DNA from: the human T2T-CHM13v2.0 reference genome, Homo sapiens
Direction: 5' to 3' (one strand)
Length of the DNA: 64,000 bases
Assembly: GCF_009914755.1 (NCBI RefSeq)
Contig: NC_060930.1
A model generated the notes under the pieces. The model was not told where the DNA came from. It was given only the letters and a program-made list of their open reading frames with translations, and did not search any database. The position numbers and the translations under genes are program-made. Positions 16,870-29,912 of the stretch are shown here, piece by piece (the stretch's first letter is position 1; every line of letters begins with the position of its first letter).

Positions 16870-17945
16870 CTCAGTAAGTCTAGGATATGAGGAAGAGTTT
16901 GTTATTTGGAAACACTCTCTTGAGATTTAAAAGGTAATGGCTGACAAGATTTTCAGGAGATGGTACGACCTTGCCATGAGAATGGTTCCTAGAAGAATAG
17001 AAAAAGCAATGATCCGTGGTAAGTGATGTCAAAATGCCGTCACTGCTGAAGATGACTTTGAAGGAAGGGATTAAAAGGCTCTGTAAAGTGAGCAGGAATG
17101 GATATACTATGTCTATTATGAAGTATTCCAAAGGAAGGACCTGGGGATATGCCAGTTACCAAGGCCATAAGGAATACATTGGTGAGAAGCACCAGAATCC
17201 AGGTCTGCTCTGTAGATCAGAGTGGACAGTGGAAAGGCCATTGTTGATCTATGAGCACTGACAAGGATGATGGAACCCCAAAGCAATAAGAAGTAGTGAC
17301 TGTCCAACACCAGATGGATGTGATTTTATTGTGTGGTGAATTCAGAGTGGCAGCCAAAGGGCCTCAGATAATTCTGGAGATGGTTAATTGAATAAAGTGT
17401 TTCTATGGGCAAAACAGATAGGCAACCAACAAGGGAATCACTGAACATTTACAATGATAAGAAATGAAAGGTGGATGATCCAGAGGCTGAAGGCAGTCGG
17501 CACAATACAAAGTTATGCTACTTGGGAGGCTGAGGTGGGAAAATTCCTTAGGCCGAGTTCAAGGCCAGCCTGGGCAACATAATGAGACCCCCCCATCTAT
17601 ATTAATAATAATGATAAATATAAGAATCATGAGCCTTTGACTAATTTCCAATCCCTGACCCCAGTGTCTCAACAGGATTCGGATATCTAGGAAGAAGGAC
17701 TCTAAGGTGTCATCTTTCCCAAAACAGATTTACATCCTACTACCTGGGTAACCATACACTGGGGAAAGGGAGATACCTAATTATTTTGGGTACTTTTTGA
17801 CATAGGGACATAGTTGACATTGAATCCTGGAGGTGTGAAGCATTATCGTAGCCTCCTTGGTAGAACACTGGCATATAGGTCTAGGTAATAAAAAGAAAAC
17901 TGGTCAAGGCCCATCTCATAGTGGATTCTCTGTCTCTGTGGTATC
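16870..17945 (+). mobile_element. ERVL-class internal fragment (gag/protease remnant)
   Basis: gaaggaagggattaaaaggct gag-like motif; ~17793-17831 reads LFDIGT*LTLNPG, a decayed ERVL protease LLDTGxxLTLIPG motif. Confidence 0.65.
17517..17618 (+). mobile_element. Free Alu monomer (FLAM-like), truncated
   Basis: gctacttgggaggctgaggtggg...gagttcaaggccagcctgggcaacataatgagacccc + AT-rich tail. Confidence 0.8.
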
Positions 17946-18199
17946 TAAGACCAATTATATTGATTAATACAATAAATATCTTCATTTTCACATTATATTA
18001 TCATCTTTGTGCACTCATGTGCCTTGGAATTAGTCCACTAACAGTATCAAGTAAATTTGGGCACACAAACTTCATCACAGATAAAAAAAATATTGTCTCA
18101 TATCATTTTAGCAGAACAGGGTATTCTGGGCTCTAGTTGCAAAATATTGCATCATGTTAAAGACTAAGTGAGAATATCACATTTCTTATTTTTTTTGTC

Positions 18200-19770
18200 T
18201 ACAGAAATATATTTATTGAGTTTTTAAAAGAGACATTCTAAAACTTATAAGAATAAAAGGGTCAAGAATAGTTGAAATTTTCCCTTAGAAGAGTATCAAT
18301 ATAGGTATATATATATGTCCTATGCATTATCAATTTATTACTATTATAATATTTAGTCACATACCCATACTATGCAATGCAATTTTCTACATTTTTTTGC
18401 ATATATAAACAAATTTGGTCTTGTTAAATATTCAAATTACCTTTTGTAGATATTAAGTACCATGTCTACAGTCACACTGCTGACAGTGCAGAGCCAACAA
18501 TTCAATCCACAATACTTGGTTGCTCTTAACTATTGTCTATATTGAAAAATTAAGTTAGTGCTAAGGGTAGATAAATAAAACAGTGGAACAAAATATCACA
18601 AAACACAAATACACATATAAATTGGAACTGCAGATCAATTCTGAAAGAATTAATTACATAAATTATATTGAAACTATTATTCATATAAAAGAAAATATAA
18701 TTTTATTTCTTGAAATCATATATTAAAACCTACTCCAGGTACATTAAGAATTAAATGTAAAAAATAAAACAAATATTTAGAAGATAATATAAAAACTATC
18801 TTTATGGCTTGGGGTAAATAAATATTTATTAAACAATAAAGTAGGGCAAATTATAAAGCAAATGCCTATTGTAACTATAGTACATTAAAATTAAAAATGA
18901 TTTATATAATGTTACCATAAAGTAGCAAAATAATTCAAGAACAAGGAATAACAATGATTATGTTTGAAAATATAATTTATACTTTATGAAGACATAAATC
19001 AAACATTTAAAGCTATTTAATATAAAAATAAACCAAATATATGAACAGGTATTTTGCTAAAGAGCAAACAACTGGCAAATGTGTATAAATATGCTCAATC
19101 TTCTTAATAATTAGACAAACGCATATTTAAGCCACAATGAAATATTTAGTCCCATTAGACTGGAAATTATTTTAAGTCTTATTGTACAGGAGTTCAGAAG
19201 GACATAATGTCAGGTGTTTTGATCAATGATAATATTCATAGGTTGCAAATGAGAAAGAAAATGGCTACAAACTGTTTTGAAAACCCCATTTGATATTATC
19301 ACGTAAAACTGAATGTGCACATCCTAGGAGTATTTTGAATTCAGCTCCTAGAAGTGTACTTTAATGAATGTCTTGTGTATGTGCACCATATGATATATAA
19401 AATAATCTTCATATCATCATTGTAATAATACAAAATTGAAAATTATCTCAATATTAAGAACAAAATGAAAAAGTCAATTGTGGCATAATTATAAAATATA
19501 AAATATATAAAATATAAAAAGTGGAAAAAGAATGAACTAATATATTAAGATATAAAAGAAAGTTTTAAAAGAATATACACAAAGTGATATTAAACCTGTA
19601 TAATGTAGAAACATAGAAAATTATAATACATATTTTAGAAATGTATAAAATATAGTAAATTATGAAGGAATAATTGCAGTGTTTATTTCTTAAGCTCTGT
19701 GGTGGATAAACGAGTATTCTATATGTCTGTTTGTATGTCTAAACTATATAAGTATATTTAAAAATACATT
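18200..19770 (+). mobile_element. Ancient L1ME ORF2 end and 3'UTR fragments
   Basis: Degenerate L1 3' text (atgaacaggtattttgctaaagag...atgctcaatcttcttaataattagac). Confidence 0.6.
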
Positions 19771-19894
19771 TGAAACAAGAGTGGTTAACTTTCTTAAGGT
19801 TCCTAATAAGCTGTTGTGCTAAAATTGAATCCCAAACAGCCTTACTTCTTACTGTAAGTTATTTGCTTTGTTTCGCTTTGTGAAAAATGTGTTT

Positions 19895-21490
19895 TTTAAG
19901 ACAATTTTTAGAGTAGTTTTCATTTCGAAGCAAAATTATGGAGATTTCCCATATAACTCTGCCGCCATATATGCAACATGTTTTAGCCTCCCCCATTATC
20001 AACATCCTCCATCAGAGTGATACACCTGATATAGCTGATGTACCTACAATGACAGACACATCATTAATACCAAAAGTAAGTCCATTGCTCACATTACAGT
20101 TCATTCTCAGTGTTGTACATTCTATGGTTTTTGACAAATATATAATGAATAATATCATAAAAACTTTTTTACTGCCTTAAAATCTGCTTGCTTTGCCAAT
20201 TCATGCCTCCCCCAACTCCTGGCAAACACTTTTTTTTTTTACCTGCTCCATAATTTTACCTTTTCTGGAATGTTATATAGTTGGAATCATAAAATATGTA
20301 GCCTTTTCTGATTGGCTACTTTCACTTAGTGATATGCATTTCATGTCTTTCCAAGATTTTTCGTGGCTTGGTGGCTCATTTCCTTTTAGCCTTGAGGAAT
20401 ATTCTGTTGTCTGGATTTACCACAGTATATTTATTCATTCACCCACTGAAGGGCATCTTGGTTGCTTCCAAGTTTTATCAGCTATAAATAAAGTTGCTAT
20501 AAACATCCATGTACAGGCTTTTGCGTGGATTTAAGTTTTCAACTCTTGGGTAAATTCCATGAGTGTGACTGCTGAATTGTATGGTACGTTTAGTTTTGCA
20601 CAAAACTGCCAAACTGTCTTCCAAAGTGGTTGTACCATTTTGCATTCCCATCAATAGTAAATGACAGTTCCTGTTATTTCACATCCATGCCAGAATTTGG
20701 TGTTGCTTTTGTTCGACATTTTGACCATTCTAATAGGTATGTAGTAGTATCTCATTGTTCTAATTTGCATTTCCCTGATGATATGTGTCTTCGTCTGTTT
20801 TGGCTGCTATAACAAAATACCTTATAAGTAAATAATTATTTAATTGTAAATAATTCACAGTTCTGGAGGCTGGGAAGTCCAAGATCAAGGTGTTGACAGA
20901 TTTAGTATCTAGTGAAGCCTCATACTTTGCTTCATAGAGGTTCCTCTTGCTGCATCTTCATATGCAGAAAGCACGAAAGACTCCTTAAAGCCTCTTTCAT
21001 AAGGGTACTAATCTCATTTATGACCACAAAGCCCTCATGACCTAATAACATCCTAAAGGCTTTACCTCTCAATACTGCCACAATGGGGATTAGATTAAAC
21101 CTAGGTATTCTGGAGGGACGGAAACATTCAGACCATAGTAACATATGATATGGAGCATCTTTTCATATGCTTATTTTCCATCTGTATATCTTCTTTAGTG
21201 AGGTGCCTGTGAAGGTCTTTTACATTTTTAAATCAGTTTTTCTTATTACTGACTTTTAACAGTTCTTTGTATGTTTGGATAACAACTCTTTTTTAGATAT
21301 GCCTTTGCAAATATTTTCTCCCAGATGGTAGCTTGTCTTCTCATTATCCTGACCTTGTCTTTTGCAGAGTAGAAGTTTTTAATTTTAATGAAGCAGCTTA
21401 TTAATGATTTCTTTCCTGGACTGTACCTTTGGTGTTGTATATGAAACATCATGGCCATACTCAAGGTCATATAGTTTTTCTCCTACGTCA
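19895..21490 (-). mobile_element. L1MC-like 3' portion, interrupted by a MaLR LTR
   Basis: ttagcctcccccattatcaacatcc L1MC 3'UTR motif, continuing into ORF2-end reverse complement. Confidence 0.8.
20786..21140 (-). mobile_element. MaLR LTR (MST/MLT1A-like)
   Basis: tgtcttcgtctgttttggctgctataacaaaatacc...cacagttctggaggctgggaagtccaagatcaagg...cattcagaccatag. Confidence 0.85.
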
Positions 21491-22419
21491 GTTTCTAGGC
21501 TGACCACTGTGTTCAGCCACTATAATACAGTATTTCTTAAACTGTTAGATATCGCCTGTACCATAAATCTAATCAGAACAATGGGGATACAAAAGATTAT
21601 TATAGCACTACTTGAGGAGCATTATAAAACAATTACTTGGATAAAACCTAATAGACCGGATTACTGAAACTAACTGTTAATTTTTTAAGAAGAACTCCTC
21701 TCTACCACATACCAAACCAAGGAAATGAAAGAATGGGAAAGACAAAAGAAGGAAGAAAGAAGAAAAGAAAGAGACAGAGAGGAGAGAAATGGAGGGAGTA
21801 GAAGGCAAAGGGGAAAAAGGAAGTAAGGAGAGCAGAAGAGAAGAGAAATGTCTCAATTTTGATCAAGTAAATAGAAACACAATCATTAGGAATGAAATAA
21901 TGACATAATGACAGATTCAAATAACTAAAAGATAATATATACAATGCGCCAATAACCTCAACAATCTAATAATTATTAACGTTTCAAAAGACATGTTTAC
22001 AAAACTAATTCCAGAGATATGTGAACTAACAAATGATAGGATAACAGAAAAAAATTGATCTATTTTCTTTTTTCCCCCTCTAGTCCCACATAAAACATAA
22101 TAACCAAGGCTTAGATTATTGTAAAACAAATTCTCGGAAACCTTCTAGGACCTACACTTTTTTTTTTGACAATTAACTTGACCAGTGCACAGAAAATAAC
22201 AAAACCTACTGAATGTATTTTATGGGTTTATTGTATTCCACAAAATCAAGCTAGGATATACTTTTACTAATAAATATATATGCCAGAAACTAATAAACTG
22301 TCAGCAAGCTAAGTGCATTATATTAATATACATCATTACTGTGCCTTTTTTAAAAGAATGCAAGAATAATCTGACTTTAAGAAGTCTATCAATAGTCAGA
22401 TACTCTCCTTCTATATTGT

Positions 22420-23150
22420 CTCTCCCATATTCCACCTCAAAGATTCTAGAAGTATTCCTCCAGCCTCAAAATTGTTAGAGGGAGATTGAAGGAAGAACAT
22501 TTGTTTCTTGTTCACTTTAGGATGAGTGGGTTGAACAACCTGTTTGCTCACATGCCATTCCTGAGAATTGGTCACATGACTCCATCTAGTTTCCCAAGTG
22601 TAAAAGGAACTGGGAAGTATAGTTATGAGTGGGAAGCCACTTCTTAGCAAGCCTCTACTCCAGGATAGGGGCCCACACATTCATTTTCTGATGAAATTGT
22701 AGTTATCTCTACTATATCAAACACCAAAAATAAGCTCCAAGGACTTGAAACTAATTGGTGTAATCTGTACTCTTGGCCATGGTGGTTTCAAAGATAGGCA
22801 AGTGATTTAAATTGCTCTAATCAGTTTTAATCTTAGGACTTGGACTGGCAATGCCTGGATGCAGATTCTCTCTTAACTGCTAAATAGGATCTTGAGAGAA
22901 TATAGCCTTGGGTGCTACTAACAGCCTCATGTGACCACAAGCGTAAACCATGTCTGAAAATGGAGCCAAGCCAAATCAAGGAGAAAAATCAAGAGCTACA
23001 TCCTGATCTTAAATCCTTTTTAAGCCCTGAATCAAGCCTCATTTCAGAACACCTGATTAGGCCTAGTGTGTTTAATTAGGTGAGCTAAATTTTTGCTTGT
23101 TTGTTTGGTTGAATGTTTGCTTATTTGCAGCTAAACATGTACTTATATAA
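22420..23150. mobile_element. Old MLT1/ERVL LTR fragments
   Basis: ttggtcacatgactccatctag...ctgggaagtatagt and ...ttatttgcagctaaac motifs typical of old MaLR/ERVL LTRs. Confidence 0.45.
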
Positions 23151-23252
23151 AAATTGATAACAGTTCAATAATGTGACCAGTTAGCCTATAGCTTTAGAGA
23201 AAACAGTAAACGATTTGTAATAACAGTGGGAAAACAAAATCCTACTAACATT

Positions 23253-23524
23253 TTTTAACATATATTTTCAATTGACAAACTGTAGTTTCAAATATTTATG
23301 GGGTACAATGAGATGTTATATATATATTCAGTGTGGAATGCATAAATCAAACTAACATATAACTCATCTCATATAGTTGTCAATTTTGTGATAAACACAC
23401 TTGAAATTACTCTCATAGCAATTTTAAGATATACATTATTATTAACTATAGTCACCAGGCTGTGCAATAAATCTCAAAACCATTCCTCCTAACTGAAACT
23501 TTGTACCCTTTAACCAACATCTCC
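23253..23524 (-). mobile_element. L1MA 3' end, truncated
   Basis: atatttatggggtacaatgagatg...ctgaaactttgtaccctt; TSD cctactaacatt / cctattaacatt. Confidence 0.85.
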
Positions 23525-24654
23525 CCTATTAACATTGACAACAAAATCTATTAACAAGGAATGATCAAAACCTATATGAAATATATTAAAATATACATTG
23601 TAAGGCATGGATTACACTTTTAATAAAATTATTTTTCAGTAACTTTGGAAGATCTGAGTCATAAATTGATATGGATGAGAATCTTTGTTTTGAAGTATAT
23701 TTCTCCAACGTTTCCCCCAATTTTATACATTATTGGTTTTTCTCCTTTATGAGAATAATTTCATTTTTTATGTTTTCCTAGCAAATGATCCACTTTATGG
23801 AGGTTTTCAAATGCATGAGCACGGAGCCTCACTTAGTATTCTTTCATAATTATTGTTCCATGATATCTTTTCATAACTGCAACAATAGCTTTTGTTTTTA
23901 ATGTTTTGTACTTTTGTTTCTCCATCCTTCCTGATTAGTTATATTAGATTTTTATAAAATTATTTTTTCCCTCTGTGACCTCTCTTTAACTTAGAGGAAG
24001 CAGAGGCTAATTGGGTTACAGAATATTAATTGTTTATTGATGTTATGATGCTCAAACTAATTAACATATACCTCATATTGCTTTTAGCATAGAAGTCTGG
24101 CGTTAGCTTTGGTCAAGCCTAAATCAGAGAGAAAAGACTTTTTTTTTTTTTAAATAAAAAACCTTTTTATTTATGTAAAGAGCAACCTATCATTTTACTA
24201 CCCCTTCCCAATTCTACCCTCCCTACTTAGGAAAACTAACATCCCCCAATCTTTGCCTTTAAGTATAGATCTTTTCTGACAGAATATGATATGCAGCATT
24301 ATCCCAATACATTTTTTTCCCAGAAATATTGACAATCTCAATAATATTTACAGTTAATTTATAACATCTCAATGTCTAGCATGCATGTACCAAAAACATA
24401 AGAAGTATAGATTTTATATTCCAAATGGAAGAGACAAGAGTGTATCATGAATGCCACAGGAAAAAAAAAAAAGGAAAGAAGGAAAGCATAGAAGAAGGAA
24501 GAAAGGGAAGAAAGAAGACAGGGAATGAGGCAAGAATGCAGGAAATAAGGCAGTCTTTTAAAGCAATCCTTAAATTAAAGAATAAACCCTTAGACATGAA
24601 GCTTCCTGAAGATTATAGTTCAAACACACATGTGAAGGGAAGAAAATCAGCTTA

Positions 24655-24920
24655 AATATTTCCAGTTCAACTGTATTCACTTCAATTATATTTGACAATT
24701 AGGTCACCTTTATGTTAACAATAAGTGTCTCACGTTAAACTTTATTAGCATTTGGGTATGCACATCGGTAATACAATATTCAAATAACCACCATACAAAT
24801 CAGAGCAGATGCTGGCCATTAACAATTGGTAGATTGTGCTGGTGTACACTGGATGAAAAATCAACCGAAGTGTTCATTGCCAACATGAGAAAGCAACAAC
24901 AACAAAACTACTAAGCTCCA
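24655..24920. mobile_element. Possible hAT (MER63/Blackjack-like) DNA transposon remnant
   Basis: Resembles recalled internal MER63-type text; no termini identified. Confidence 0.25.
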
Positions 24921-25715
24921 AGTGTAATTGTTTTTATGTTTTCTAAATGAGTGTTTTTATATTTATCTATATTTTTCTGTTTTCCTATGATCATTCTGTA
25001 AACATTTATGAGTTTATTTGATTAGACAGACTCAATGTTTTATTTAACAGTCTGTTTTATTGTATAGTCTTTGTATAATAATAAGGCATTTAAAGCTTTT
25101 CCTTCTGATTATAAATTAAACATCATGTTTGAAATTGTTATTATAATTTTGTTTTCCCTTAGCTGGCCATGAAATTCAATGCTTTCATCCTTTCTGATCC
25201 AAGTTTTACTTAAAAAGATTAGCTTCAATTATTTAGAAATATTTTTAACTGTCTTTACTTGGGGAAGTGTTATTTCTTCCTATTTTATGTCACTAGCATC
25301 AAGAAAAACATCTTGTACATTTTGATTTTTGAGATTTTATTTTCATTCTATAATTATTTTAATACTCCATATGCATCTGAGGAGTGCAATGTGATATGAA
25401 AATATTGTAGGTTGTCTCAAATGTATCCTTTCTTCCTTTTTTCCTTATGTACAGTACATAAAAACTGTTCGTAGTTTTGAGTGCAGCTCGGGATGTGTCA
25501 CGTCACAGACTCCGTTGTATCTTGGAGTGGTCATGTGAACCATTTCTGAGAAGTGAGCAGAAACTGTGACTGAGTTGGAGTCCTGGTGCTGACAGTAACT
25601 GCTACTTGATGGGATTTGGACAGCCAAAAATAAGACTTCCTGGGTGTGAGATGAGTGAGCTTTATATTTCTTCAAGCTACTGTCTGTATAGAACAATAAT
25701 TTGATTCTCCCTATC

Positions 25716-25900
25716 AAGAGCTGGCAAATCTTTTCTATAAAGGAGAATAGTAGATAGTAAGCATTTTAGGTTTTGATGTGATATCTGTTACAACTGTTCA
25801 AATCTGTAAACAAATGAGTTTGAGTATACATAACCGAAAATTTATTTACAAAAATAGACGGGGGCCAGATTTGATCCACTGGCCATAGTTTGACAGTCAA
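25716..25900 (+). mobile_element. MER58A-like hAT-Charlie MITE
   Basis: ctggcaaatcttttctataaagg...aaatttatttacaaaaatagacgggggccagatttg...ccatagtttg. Confidence 0.75.
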
Positions 25901-26094
25901 TTTCTCTGTATTGTGATGATTCTTTCTCTTTTTTGTCTATCTGTTTTCAATTTTATCTGTCAAATACTAAGGAAGATGAGGTACATTCTCCCAGTATTAG
26001 TGTTTTCTTTTGATTTTTTTCAATTTCTGTGTGTTTAATTCATCACTATAAATTTTCACAAGTTGGAACTCATTATAAATGTTTTTATTATAAT

Positions 26095-27948
26095 ATCCAA
26101 TGAACAATCAAAAAATGGAATTAAAACATTTTCACTTAAAATAGCATCAAAAAGAATAAAATACTTAGGAATTAAATTAATCAAGTAGATGAAAGAATTA
26201 TATACTGAAAGCTATGAAATATTGCTGAAAGTAATTAAGGAATACATACATAAGTGGAAAGCCACCCCCGTTCACGAATGGAAAGATTTAATATTGTTAA
26301 GATATCAATACTACCCAAATCAATCTATAGATTGAATGCAATCCCTGTTGAAATCCCAATAACTTTTTATGCAGCATTAGAAAAGTCCATCTTAAAATTT
26401 ATATAGCATCTCAACAAACTTTAAATAGCCAAAACAATCCTGGAGAAGAACAAATTTGCGGATCTCATTTTTTTAAATTTCAAAACTTATTACAAAGGTA
26501 CAGTAATCAAAACAGTGTGGTGCTAGAATAAAGACAGGCATATGAAGTACTATAATAGAGAGCCCAGTAATAAACCCTCATATATATGGTCAAATTATTT
26601 TTGAGAAGGGTATCAAGACTTTCAATGGAGAAAGGAAAGTTTTGGGTTTTTTTGTCCCAACAAATGGTGCTGGGAAAATTAGATAAACACATGCAAATGA
26701 AGGAAATTGGATCTGTACTTTACAACATATACAAATATTAACTCAAAATGAATCACAGATCTAAATGCATGAGCTAAAAATCTAAAAATCTTAAGAGAAA
26801 ATGAAAAGGAAAACCTTTATGACACTGGGTGTAGCAATGATTTCTTGGGTATGTCACCAAAAGCATAGGCAACAAAAGAAAAAATAGACAAATTGGACTT
26901 CATCCAAATTAAAACTTTTGTTCATGAAAGGACACTATCAACAGAATAAAAAGGTAACCCACAAAATGGGAGAAAATATTTGCAAATTACCTATTTAATA
27001 AGGAATTAAGATCTAGAACATACAGAGAACTCCTAAATTTCAGTGAAAATAAAACAATTTAAAAATGATTATTTGAACTATGCAAAGAACTTGCATAGAC
27101 ATATTTTCAAAGAAGATAAATGGCCAATAAGTGTATAAAAATAGATACTTAATATCAACTTAATATCACTAATAATTAAGGAATTGCAAGTCAAAACCAC
27201 AATGACATACCACCTTATTTCCGTTAGGATGGCTAGTAACAAAAAAGAAACAATAAACAAAAACCAAGTGTTGACATGGATGTAGAGAAATTGGAATCCT
27301 TTTGCATTGCTGATGGGAATTTAAAATAGTACTACTGTTATGGAAAATAGTATGGTGGCTCCTCAAAAAATTAAACATGGAATTACCATTTGATCCAGCA
27401 ATTCCACTTCTGAGGATATACCCAAAATAATTGAAAGGAGGAACTTGAAATATCTGGATACTATTTTTATCAGTATTCAGCATTTTTATCAGTATCAGCA
27501 TTTTTCATAACCAAAAAATAAAAACAACTCATAAATCTAGCAGCATTTGAATGGATGAACAAAATGTAGTATATAACTACAATGGAATATTATTCAGCAT
27601 TAAAAAAGGGTGAAATTCTGATACATGCTTTAAGACATTATAGTCTGTAAAATAAGCCAGATACAAAAAGACAAATACTCTTTGATTCCACTATATGATG
27701 TATCTAGTGTAATAAAATTCATAGAGATGGAAAGTAACCCCTGGTTACGAAGGGCCAGGGGGAGAGGAGATTGGGGAGTTATTGCTTATTTGGTAGTTTT
27801 AATATGGGGTAAAAAAAGTTTTGCAGATTATTAGTGGTAATGGCTGCACAACAATGTGAATAATAGTTAATTCCTCTGAACTGAACACTTAAAAATGGGT
27901 AGAATGATAAATTTTGTTATGTATATTACCACAATAAATTAACTTAAA
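26095..27948 (+). mobile_element. L1MB ORF2 3' half and 3'UTR
   Basis: aatagcatcaaaaagaataaaatacttagg...ctgaacacttaaaaatgg...aaattttgttatgtatattaccac. Confidence 0.9.
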
Positions 27949-28151
27949 AGTGATTTCTGTAGACCATTTACTAAATATTGCATTAAATTTTATTTTTACT
28001 GTTACATTTCCCTACTCTCTTTATCCTTTTGCTATTTTCCTATCTTTTTATCTTAACCATTTTATGTCAGGTAGTTTTATATGTTTTCTTTGGAAAAACA
28101 CATACTTGAATTTTAGTGTTTGGTTTTATTTTAAATTATTTTTCTTTTGTT

Positions 28152-28815
28152 AATACATTTTATTGAGGTATAAATTAAAAACAATAAAATGTCCAAAATT
28201 CAATAAGATTTGACAAATACATGTCCCCCATGCAACCATCAATCCAATTAATTTACAGAACATATCTATCACACCTGAAATTTCCCATATGGCCTTTGCA
28301 CTTCTAAATTCGCAGTGAATTACTAATTGGATTTTTATCACCATATCATCTTTTTGCCTATTTAGATCTTAACATAAATGAAATAATATAGTATGTACTC
28401 TCTTGTGCCTGGTTTCTTTTGTTGAATTCATTGATAAGTGTAACAGTTGTTTATTAATATTTAGTAAGAAGAGGCACAACATTGCATGACTATACCATAG
28501 TATGTTAATCTTCTCACCTGTTGATGATATTTGGTTTCTAGATTTTACTCTTATCAGTAAAGTTTCTAGGAATATTTGCATAATAGTCCATTGGGGACAT
28601 ATAATTTCATTTCACTTAAGTGAATACTCAGAAGTAACATGGTGAAATGGTATGTTATGTGTATGTTTACCTCTGTAAGAAATTTCCAAAATGCTTAAAA
28701 AATTTACATTGGTACCTATCATATATAGGAAGTCCAATAGCTCCACTCCCTTAGCAAAAACTGGTTGTTATTCTCAGCCTCCTTTAATATTTAATATTCT
28801 GAGAGTGTAAAGTAG
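28152..28815 (-). mobile_element. L1ME 3' end
   Basis: ttttattgaggtataaattaaaaacaataaaatg reverse-strand L1ME terminus. Confidence 0.7.
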
Positions 28816-29289
28816 TAATAATATAATATACTTTAACTTACCACACTCTACTTTCAAACAGTATTAGTGCATTTTAATTATAGTGTAAGAAACTTATAAC
28901 CATGTCCATTTCTTTCCTCCCATTTTTTGTTATTGTTGTCTTAATTTTCACTCCTATATGTGTTATAAACCCAATACATTGTTCTATTTGTGAACAGAGT
29001 CGATATTATCTTTCACTTGTAAACTGCTTTATTTAGAGTATAATTGGCCAACAATAAATGACACAAGTAAATCTTATAATGAGTTTTGGCATGTATAAAC
29101 TAAGAAATTTTCTTACACTTTTGCATTCGTTTTTGTAAATCCTGTTGATCTTCCCATTTCTATATAGATCTAGAATTTCATCTGGTGTCACACTCTTTCT
29201 TCTTGAAGCATTTTCTTTAATATTTTATAGTGCATAGCTCTTGGCAATGAATTCTCACTTTGTGAGAAAAACTTTTTATTTACTAATCT

Positions 29290-29703
29290 TTTTTTTTCTT
29301 ATTTTTTTTTAAGACAGATTCTCCCTCTGTCACCCAGGCTGGAGGGCAGTTGCATGATCACAGTTCACTGTAGCCTCCACCTCCTGAGTAGCTAGGACTG
29401 CAGGCATGTGACACCACACCCACCTAATTATTGTATTTTTTGTAGAGATGGGGATTCACCATGGTGCACAGGCTGGTCTGGAACTTCTGGGCTCAAGCTA
29501 TCTTCTTTTTTTTTTTTTTTTTGATAGAGTCTTGCTCTGTCACCCAACAGGCTGGGGTGCAGTGGTGCAATCTCAGCTCACTGCAACCTCCGCCTCCTAG
29601 GTTCAAGCAGTTCTTCCTGCCTTAGCCTCCTGAGTACCAAGCTATCTTCTTTCCTTGCCTTCCCAAAGTGCTGGATTACAGGTGTGAGCCACCATACTTG
29701 GCC
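29290..29703 (-). mobile_element. AluJ with internal ~30-bp deletion, split by a nested Alu
   Basis: AluJ features (cacagttcactgtagcctc, gggctcaag); resumes after the nested element as ...cccaaagtgctggattacagg. Confidence 0.9.
29509..29637 (-). mobile_element. 5'-truncated AluS right arm nested in AluJ
   Basis: 15-bp TSD caagctatcttcttt (29494-29508 / 29638-29652). Confidence 0.9.
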
Positions 29704-29818
29704 TGCATCCTTTTTTTTTTTTTTAAATGTCACTGGGGCTACAATTTTGTGTCAATTCATTTTGTATGTGTGGCCTTTAAAGACGTCACTCCATTGTTTT
29801 CTAGCTTGTAATATTTCT

Positions 29819-29912
29819 TTTTTAAATTAATTTTTTATTTTAATAGTTTTTGGAGTATGGATGGTATTTGGTTACACAGATAAGTTCTTTAGCACTGATT
29901 TCTGAGATTTTG
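29819..29912 (-). mobile_element. L1PB 3' terminal fragment
   Basis: ataagttctttagcactgatttctgagattttgg; TSD gcttgtaatatttct / gcttgtagtatttct. Confidence 0.85.

Noticed and set aside
25445-25717. Less AT-rich block with a 90-aa ORF as an exon
   Set aside because: No convincing splice sites; the 3' end resembles an old MLT1-type LTR.
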